DNA of 64,000 nucleotides from Spirochaetia bacterium (lineage in GTDB: Bacteria; Spirochaetota; Spirochaetia; WTKD01; G963693115). Positions 57,990-64,000 of this stretch are shown one piece after another (position 1 is the stretch's first letter; each line of letters starts with the position of its first letter). The notes beneath the pieces were generated by a model. That model saw only the letters and a list, made by a program, of their open reading frames with translations, had not been told where the DNA came from and searched no databases. The position numbers and the translations under genes are program-made. The DNA lies in assembly GCA_965226055.1 (NCBI GenBank), contig CBDDCA010000004.1, positions 128,001 through 192,000 on the forward strand, given 5' to 3'.

Positions 57990-58679
57990 CTAGAGAATTT
58001 CTAATTTAGTATGTTCGTCCTCTTTTCTATCTGATAGGGGGTCAAAGTCGCTTGAAAAATCAATTTCATCAATGTTTATATCATTATCATTTTGAAACAC
58101 ATTATCGTCATCATGGAAAGAATCGCCAATATCTAAGGAGGTATCGCCCATAGATGAATGAAGTGAATCATTCATAGTATCATCTGATACGAAAATTGTG
58201 TCACCTTCATCGTGTGATGAGCCTGAAGAAATAGCACTGTTTGTAGAAGTATCTATACCCGTATTGCTACGAGATGTTGGCACTGTGTTATCGGTAGAGG
58301 CATGACTTTCTTTCGCTTTTGCACTGGAGCTACTGTTGCTGTTGTCTATGGTAGCAGAGGGTTGTGTTTGTGTGCTTGAAAAATCTACACCATTTTGAAG
58401 CTCTTCGATAGTTTCAAAATTGCTTATGGCATTTACAACACTTTTTTCGAGATTAGATTGCTCTTTTTGGGCAGAATCTACCAGCTTTTCCAATTCCAAT
58501 ACACGTTCTTCGTATTCGTCAAGTTGCCCTTGAATCGTTTCTTCATACTCTTGAAACTTTTTCTGCATTTGTTCTTTCTCTAAGGATATTTGTGTTATTC
58601 TTTGTTTTAGTTGTTGAATAAGATCAATAGCAGCTTCCACTTTTGTTTCTAGCTTAAAGATAATTTGCTTAGGACTCAT
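57990..58679 (-). CDS. ZapB-like coiled-coil protein with acidic disordered tail
   Basis: KLETKVEAAIDLIQQLK start, heptads, position between rplT and zapA. Confidence 0.65.
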   Translation of the reverse strand: MSPKQIIFKLETKVEAAIDLIQQLKQRITQISLEKEQMQKKFQEYEETIQGQLDEYEERVLELEKLVDSAQKEQSNLEKSVVNAISNFETIEELQNGVDFSSTQTQPSATIDNSNSSSSAKAKESHASTDNTVPTSRSNTGIDTSTNSAISSGSSHDEGDTIFVSDDTMNDSLHSSMGDTSLDIGDSFHDDDNVFQNDNDINIDEIDFSSDFDPLSDRKEDEHTKLEIL

Positions 58680-58711
58680 AATTCCCCCTTAATTTTCCTA
58701 TAAAAATATTG

Positions 58712-59056
58712 TTAGGCTATGAGTTCAATAATTTTGTTGAACTCACTACTATTTGTAACGGCAAGATTAGAGAGTACTTTACGATTTATTTGTATATTTT
58801 TTTGGGCTAGCCTATGTATAAAGTCTGAATAACGAAGTCCTTTTGCACGAACGGCTGCTGAAATTCTTGCTATCCATAGCCGTCTGAACTCTCGTTTTTT
58901 GTTTTTTCTATCCCGATATGCGTATAATAACGCCTTAGATACAGCGTCTTTGGTACTACGATAGAGGTTTTTACGTCTTCCCCAATATCCTTTTGCTAAT
59001 TTTTGTAATTTTTTACGATGAGTTTTTCGAATACTTCCGTTTGTTGCTCGTGGCAT
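58712..59056 (-). CDS. rplT: 50S ribosomal protein L20
   Basis: AKGYWG, YAYRDRKNKKREFRRLWIARI, INRKVLS. Confidence 0.98.
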   Translation of the reverse strand: MPRATNGSIRKTHRKKLQKLAKGYWGRRKNLYRSTKDAVSKALLYAYRDRKNKKREFRRLWIARISAAVRAKGLRYSDFIHRLAQKNIQINRKVLSNLAVTNSSEFNKIIELIA

Positions 59057-59101
59057 GTACTTCCTCCGATACTAAATAAGTTTGGTTATATTGGTAGCTT
59101 T

Positions 59102-59296
59102 TTAATTATTAAGCATCAATGAAACTCGCTTTGTTTCACTTGATGATAAAATACTAGGCTTACGTAAATTTCTTTTTCTTTTTGTGCTTTTCTTTGTCAA
59201 TATATGTCGTAATCCCTGTCTTTTGTACTTAATTTTACCAGACGCAGTCTTTGAGAATCGTTTAGCTACACTTTTAACTGTTTTTTGTTTTGGCAT
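59102..59296 (-). CDS. rpmI: 50S ribosomal protein L35
   Basis: MPKQKT...KRF..TASGK, RHILTKK..KRKRNLR. Confidence 0.97.
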   Translation of the reverse strand: MPKQKTVKSVAKRFSKTASGKIKYKRQGLRHILTKKSTKRKRNLRKPSILSSSETKRVSLMLNN

Positions 59297-59334
59297 ATTA
59301 CTCCTAATGTATATTAGTTTATATAACTTTTTAT

Positions 59335-59364
59335 AGTATACTAACTTTTGAAAAATTAAGTCAA
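59335..59364 (-). promoter_or_regulatory. Sigma70 promoter of rpmI-rplT
   Basis: TTGACT-18 nt-TATACT on the minus strand. Confidence 0.65.
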
Positions 59365-59467
59365 CTGTAGAATACAGATTTTTGTATTATTGTTACATTG
59401 TAAAGAAATTTAGTATATCTATAGTGGATGTGATACAATAGTAGTAGTATAAATAGGAGGAAAACAT

Positions 59468-61558
59468 ATGGCAGAAAGTAAAAGTATAGGACAATTACAA
59501 AAAGACGCGGAGCAATTTTTTAAGGATAAAAAATATTATAAATGTATAGAGGTTTGTACAGAGATTATTAGTAGGGATGATGCAACAGAAACAGATAAAG
59601 CAAGTGCGTATTATAACAGCGGAAAAGCGAAAGCTAAACAAGGAAAGATGGATGAAGCGATAGCTGATTACGATAAAGCGATAGAGCTAGATCCAAAAGA
59701 TGCATCAGTATACTACAACAGAGGAGTCGCGAATAGTAAACAAGGAAAGTATGAAGAAGCGATAGCTGATTACGATAAAGCGATAGAGCTAGATCCAAAA
59801 GATGCATCAGTATACTACAACAGAGGATATGCAAAAGATGAATTAAAAAAGTATGAAGAAGTGATAGCTGATTACGATAAAGCGATAGAGCTAGATCCAA
59901 ACAAAGTAGAAGCATACATCAACAGAGGAAATACGAACTATCGACAAGGAAAGTATGAAGAAGCGATAGCTGATTACGATAAAGCGATAGAGCTAGATCC
60001 AAAAGATGCATCAGTATACTACAACAGAGGATATGCAAAAGATGAATTAAAAAAGTATGAAGAAGCGATAGCTGATTACGATAAAGCGATAGAGCTAGAT
60101 CCAAACAAAGTAGAAGCATACATCAACAGAGGAAATACGAACTATCGACAAGGAAAGTATGAAGAAGCGATAGCTGATTACGATAAAGCGATAGAGCTAG
60201 ATCCAAACAAAGTAGAAGCATACTACAACAGAGGAGTCGCGAATAGTGAACAAGGAAAGTATGATGAGGCGATAAAAGGTTACGATAAAGCGATAGAGCT
60301 AGATCCAAACAAAGTAGAAGCATACTTCTACAGAGGAATTACGAAAGCTAAACAAGAAAAATATGAAGAAGCATTAGCCGATTATGATAAAGCGATAGAG
60401 CTAAATCCTCAAGATCCAAAAGCATATTATTACAAAGGTTTATTATTATTAATTCATAAAAAATACGATTCATCAAAAATATTAGAAGGTATTTATTGTT
60501 TGAATATTGCTTTACAAAATGGTATATCTGGTATAGATATGAATGATATTGCAGATAGTGATAGTAATGATAATAAAAACAATATTTTGTCTGTATTTAA
60601 AAATGTATTGGAAATATTGGATAAATTAAAAGTAACAAAAAATGATAAAAATTATAAAGAGTATCTTTCACATACTACTCGTTTATCTGTATTAAAACAA
60701 CTTTTGCCTATACCGTCACCATCCTCCCAAAGTGAAAAAGCATCTTCCAAAAATATAGTGTCAGCATTTCGATTGTACCATATTGTATATTCAAATGATC
60801 CGACAGAAGGAGATATTCTCTTTAAGACATTAGGTATTGAAGATGAAAAAGAATCACTCCCTTATGTAATGATAGCGAGCTTTTCTAGTGGGGATTCCTC
60901 AGAAAAATTAGATGTTTTGCCTCTATGGAGTACATATGGAGATAATACAAAGGGTGTATCTCTATTATTTAAGACAGAAGGTATAGCTTCTGATGAAAGA
61001 AAACATATTGGTGTTTCTGGAGTAAAGAAGGTATTGGAAAAAGATATAAACATAACAAAAGATACGGATGATAGTTCTTATTTAAAGCCAATACTCTATA
61101 GAGTTTATTATACTGATATAAGTAAAAATGAAGATGGAGTGACTAAAAATAATGAAGAAGAAATAGCTATTTATCTCAAAAATATAAAAGATAGTCTTAA
61201 AGAGATAAAACCAAAAGAGAAAAATGAGCAACAAGAAGAAATATACAAAAAAATCTTAGAATTGTTATTTGGATTGAGGTATCTTATTAAGGATAAAAGC
61301 TATGAATATGAAAATGAATATCGCTTAGTATGTTTTCCTCCATTTGATAGTATACAATATGACGAAAAAGATACTGAAAACGATGCAATAAACCGTATGT
61401 ATGTAGAAGAGGATATTATAACAAAATTAGATAGCTTAATAGTAGGAGCTAAAGTTCCTCCTGCCAAAGTGCTTGAAATAAAATATTTGCTAAAAAAGTG
61501 TGATAAGACTAAAAATAGAGAAATTAAAGTAATACCAAGCAGTATTCCCTACCGCTAA
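59468..61558 (+). CDS. TPR-array protein with C-terminal DUF2971-like domain
   Basis: 8 near-identical TPRs; SNDPTEG, ASFS, LPLWSTYG...GVSL, KDKSYEYENEYR motifs; GGAGG RBS. Confidence 0.85.
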   Translation: MAESKSIGQLQKDAEQFFKDKKYYKCIEVCTEIISRDDATETDKASAYYNSGKAKAKQGKMDEAIADYDKAIELDPKDASVYYNRGVANSKQGKYEEAIADYDKAIELDPKDASVYYNRGYAKDELKKYEEVIADYDKAIELDPNKVEAYINRGNTNYRQGKYEEAIADYDKAIELDPKDASVYYNRGYAKDELKKYEEAIADYDKAIELDPNKVEAYINRGNTNYRQGKYEEAIADYDKAIELDPNKVEAYYNRGVANSEQGKYDEAIKGYDKAIELDPNKVEAYFYRGITKAKQEKYEEALADYDKAIELNPQDPKAYYYKGLLLLIHKKYDSSKILEGIYCLNIALQNGISGIDMNDIADSDSNDNKNNILSVFKNVLEILDKLKVTKNDKNYKEYLSHTTRLSVLKQLLPIPSPSSQSEKASSKNIVSAFRLYHIVYSNDPTEGDILFKTLGIEDEKESLPYVMIASFSSGDSSEKLDVLPLWSTYGDNTKGVSLLFKTEGIASDERKHIGVSGVKKVLEKDINITKDTDDSSYLKPILYRVYYTDISKNEDGVTKNNEEEIAIYLKNIKDSLKEIKPKEKNEQQEEIYKKILELLFGLRYLIKDKSYEYENEYRLVCFPPFDSIQYDEKDTENDAINRMYVEEDIITKLDSLIVGAKVPPAKVLEIKYLLKKCDKTKNREIKVIPSSIPYR
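59600..60415 (+). repeat. In-frame tandem array of eight 102-bp TPR units
   Basis: Near-invariant core gcgatagctgattacgataaagcgatagagctagatccaaa every 102 bp. Confidence 0.95.
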
Positions 61559-61653
61559 ATAGTAGAGAGTATGTGGTAATATATGTATTCTAATCAAGCT
61601 GGTATTTTTATAGTATATTTTCACTGATTAAAGAAAAAATATTACTAATTGAG

Positions 61654-62208
61654 TCAGTGGCAAATAAATCTAAGTAATGCTGAAAAGAGAGAAAGATTAT
61701 TATAATAACACCTACAAATATTAGGAAAAAATAGAATAGAAAGAAATAATAGAATAGAAAGAAATAAAAGTACAGAAAAGAAAGATATAAAAACATAAGT
61801 AGTAGCATATTCTCTCTTTTTTACTATATGGTATTCTTCAGGAAGTCGTTTTCTTTCTATATCTTCTTCTGTAAAGCATTCAAAAGGGAAATATTTTTCT
61901 ATCCTTTTGATAACTTTGTATTTTGCTTTATTTAAATGTTTGTATGAGTATACATTACAAAGCCATATTATAGAAAAGCATAATCCAAGAATACTCATAA
62001 CAAAAATAAATACAGTAGTAAATGGAAGTTCTAATTTATCCTGTGTAGCAAGAATAGCAACAATCCCTCCAATAGAAGTAAGTATAAGAGAGCAAATAGA
62101 AAAATAAAAGTTATTACTTCGCAGTCTTCTATCGCTAGTATCTTCTGCTGTTTTTAAGTATATTTTGTATATTTCCAGTAAACGATCTTTACTTTTATAA
62201 TCACCCAT
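61654..62208 (-). CDS. RipA/SLATT-like small membrane protein
   Basis: LLEIYKIY...SDRR...NNFY, two TM, W...SYK.LN.AKYKVI..IE..FP...F..E pattern, third hydrophobic segment. Confidence 0.7.
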   Translation of the reverse strand: MGDYKSKDRLLEIYKIYLKTAEDTSDRRLRSNNFYFSICSLILTSIGGIVAILATQDKLELPFTTVFIFVMSILGLCFSIIWLCNVYSYKHLNKAKYKVIKRIEKYFPFECFTEEDIERKRLPEEYHIVKKREYATTYVFISFFSVLLFLSILLFLSILFFPNICRCYYNNLSLFSALLRFICH

Positions 62209-62321
62209 ACCATAATTATATATTGTTTAGTAGTTTCCGTTACATTTTTGTTACAATATGCTTTACATATTTTTTATTCTATGGTATTATCTTATTATGG
62301 GAATAATAAAGGGGGACAGTA

Positions 62322-63932
62322 ATGATTATTCGCGGTATAGAATCTATTGGTGAGCAGGAAGGCACGCCGTCAGCACATGAGCAACATAGTCGAGAAGTAA
62401 ATACAAGCCATACTCATGGAGCTTTTTCAGGAAACATGCCTGAAAGAGAAAATGGTGTCTCAGGCACATCGCAAGGAGCAACTGCTCCTGCTAATACCAT
62501 TGTAAATAATAGCACTATTGATACCTCTGTGTCAAACTCCGAGTTATTTTATAAGAAACGCGTTATTGGTGGAATAGAGAGTGCATTTAGTCCCACAAAG
62601 ATAGCCGTTATTGGTGTTGGTGGAGGCGGAGTAAATGCAGTAAGCAGTATGGTAGACTTAGAATTAGATGGCATAGACCTGTGGGCTGCAAATACCGATG
62701 CTCAAACCTTAAGCGACTGTCCCGTGAGTAATGTCATATTGCTTGGTTCTAAATCCTGTAATGGTCTCGGAGTAGGAGGAGATCCACAACGGGGAGCCGA
62801 AGCTGTGTATGAAATGCAAGAGGATATTGGTGGTGTACTAAAAAACTATGACATGATATTTCTTGCCACAGGCTTAGGAGGAGGAACAGGCTCTGGAGCT
62901 ATTCCTGTACTTGCAAAAATAGCACGGGATAGTGGCGTACTTGTTGTCTCTATTGTTACTATGCCATTTCTCTACGAAGGACAGAAAAGACAAAGCAATG
63001 CCGAAAACAGCTTAGAAGAACTAGAAGAATTTACAGACGCGCTGATAATAGTGCCTAATAACAGCCTTATCACTACCAGTGCTTCTCGTTCTGATGTGTT
63101 TGTGGAAGATAGCTTTCATACTGCCAATAAGATTTTGTCAGATACCGTTAGCTCCATTACTAATATTCTCACTACAAGAGGACGTGTCAATATTGATTTT
63201 GCAGATATTAAAAGCTGTATTCAAAATTCTGGTCTTATTTCGGTTGGCATTGGAGAATCGAATATTGAAGAAAGTCATGGAGGCAATGCTCACAGAGCCA
63301 CTGAAATAGCCCTTACAAATAAATTGCTTTCCGAAGAGAACGCACAGGTACTTTCGTATGCAGACAATATTATTGTAAATGTTGTGCTAGGAAAGAGCTG
63401 TCCTATGCATGATTATGCCGCTATTACAGATATGATTATTTCACGTACCTCTGTTAAGCCAAGCAATATAAAAACAGGACATCGTTTTGAATCCACATGG
63501 GATCATAAAGTGCAAGTTACCATCATTGCAGCATCCAGCTTAAAAAGTCATGGAAAAAAAATAGTCAATCCCAACAGAAGCATGAGCAGTGCAAGGAGCA
63601 TGCCCGTACATGATACAGGCAGGCATGCTACTGTCAATCACGTGCCTACCTCTGTAGCTCCAGCACATGATACCGTGTACTCACACGCGTACACTGAAGA
63701 ACAAGCAGCACATAACAATAGTCCTCCATATCCCTACGATAGAGAAAAAAGAGACATCAGTTTACAAGGCATGTACGAAACCTCTGACTCGGATCAAAAA
63801 TATATAGACAGCGATGTATTTCGCTCGTTGATAAATCAGCCCATAAGAGATGTCAATGAAATTTTACAGGAAGAACTTGACACGATGAAAAAAACAACAC
63901 CAGTGCAACAGTATTCTGATATCATTCCATAA
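62322..63932 (+). CDS. ftsZ: FtsZ-family tubulin-like GTPase with long N- and C-terminal extensions
   Basis: IGVGGGGVNAV, NTDAQ, GLGVGGDP, GLGGGTGSG, PFLYEG, NIDFAD. Confidence 0.9.
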   Translation: MIIRGIESIGEQEGTPSAHEQHSREVNTSHTHGAFSGNMPERENGVSGTSQGATAPANTIVNNSTIDTSVSNSELFYKKRVIGGIESAFSPTKIAVIGVGGGGVNAVSSMVDLELDGIDLWAANTDAQTLSDCPVSNVILLGSKSCNGLGVGGDPQRGAEAVYEMQEDIGGVLKNYDMIFLATGLGGGTGSGAIPVLAKIARDSGVLVVSIVTMPFLYEGQKRQSNAENSLEELEEFTDALIIVPNNSLITTSASRSDVFVEDSFHTANKILSDTVSSITNILTTRGRVNIDFADIKSCIQNSGLISVGIGESNIEESHGGNAHRATEIALTNKLLSEENAQVLSYADNIIVNVVLGKSCPMHDYAAITDMIISRTSVKPSNIKTGHRFESTWDHKVQVTIIAASSLKSHGKKIVNPNRSMSSARSMPVHDTGRHATVNHVPTSVAPAHDTVYSHAYTEEQAAHNNSPPYPYDREKRDISLQGMYETSDSDQKYIDSDVFRSLINQPIRDVNEILQEELDTMKKTTPVQQYSDIIP

Positions 63933-64000
63933 TCATTGACTGCACCCATTCCTGTTTACGATATATTTGATATGTATGTTGATTTTCTCGTGATAGAAAA

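Noticed and set aside
59600-60415. Regular repeat with constant and variable parts resembling a CRISPR array
   Set aside because: Period is exactly 102 bp, in frame, encodes TPR units; variable parts recur; no cas genes
1-64000. Alternative genetic code
   Set aside because: TGA, TAA and TAG all end genes at plausible positions and conserved Trp residues use TGG

Overview
AT-rich chromosomal window from a spirochaete (inferred from two gene orders shared with Borrelia/Treponema, murG-cvpA-holB-hk2-rrp2 and dnaG-rpoD-Zn ribbon-rnpB-TPR-mreBCD-mrdA-rodA, plus a Pur-like DUF3276 gene). It has about 55 CDS, 4 tRNAs (Asp, Gly, Thr, Tyr) and RNase P RNA. The housekeeping backbone is interrupted by four small islands of candidate defence or toxin genes, with no integrase or transposase in the window: an ABC-ATPase + PD-(D/E)xK nuclease pair; a Panacea antitoxin + membrane protein followed by a three-dynamin operon; a ParB/Srx + nuclease cluster; and a TPR-array-DUF2971 gene convergent with a RipA/SLATT-like membrane gene. 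Main signals: (1) at least 10 genes have a TANNNT -10 box 5-7 nt before an ATG preceded by T, with no canonical Shine-Dalgarno, implying widespread leaderless mRNAs; (2) a T16 tract fills the -35/-10 spacer of the dynamin promoter and a G13 tract lies in the signal peptide of a 1530-aa lipoprotein, both candidate phase-variation switches; (3) a modular, shuffled 102-bp TPR array fused to an ART-like domain; (4) degenerate signalling proteins (pseudo-cyclase, GAFTGA-less NifA-like protein); (5) frequent low-complexity insertions in housekeeping enzymes. All calls come from motif recognition by eye; no database searches were run.
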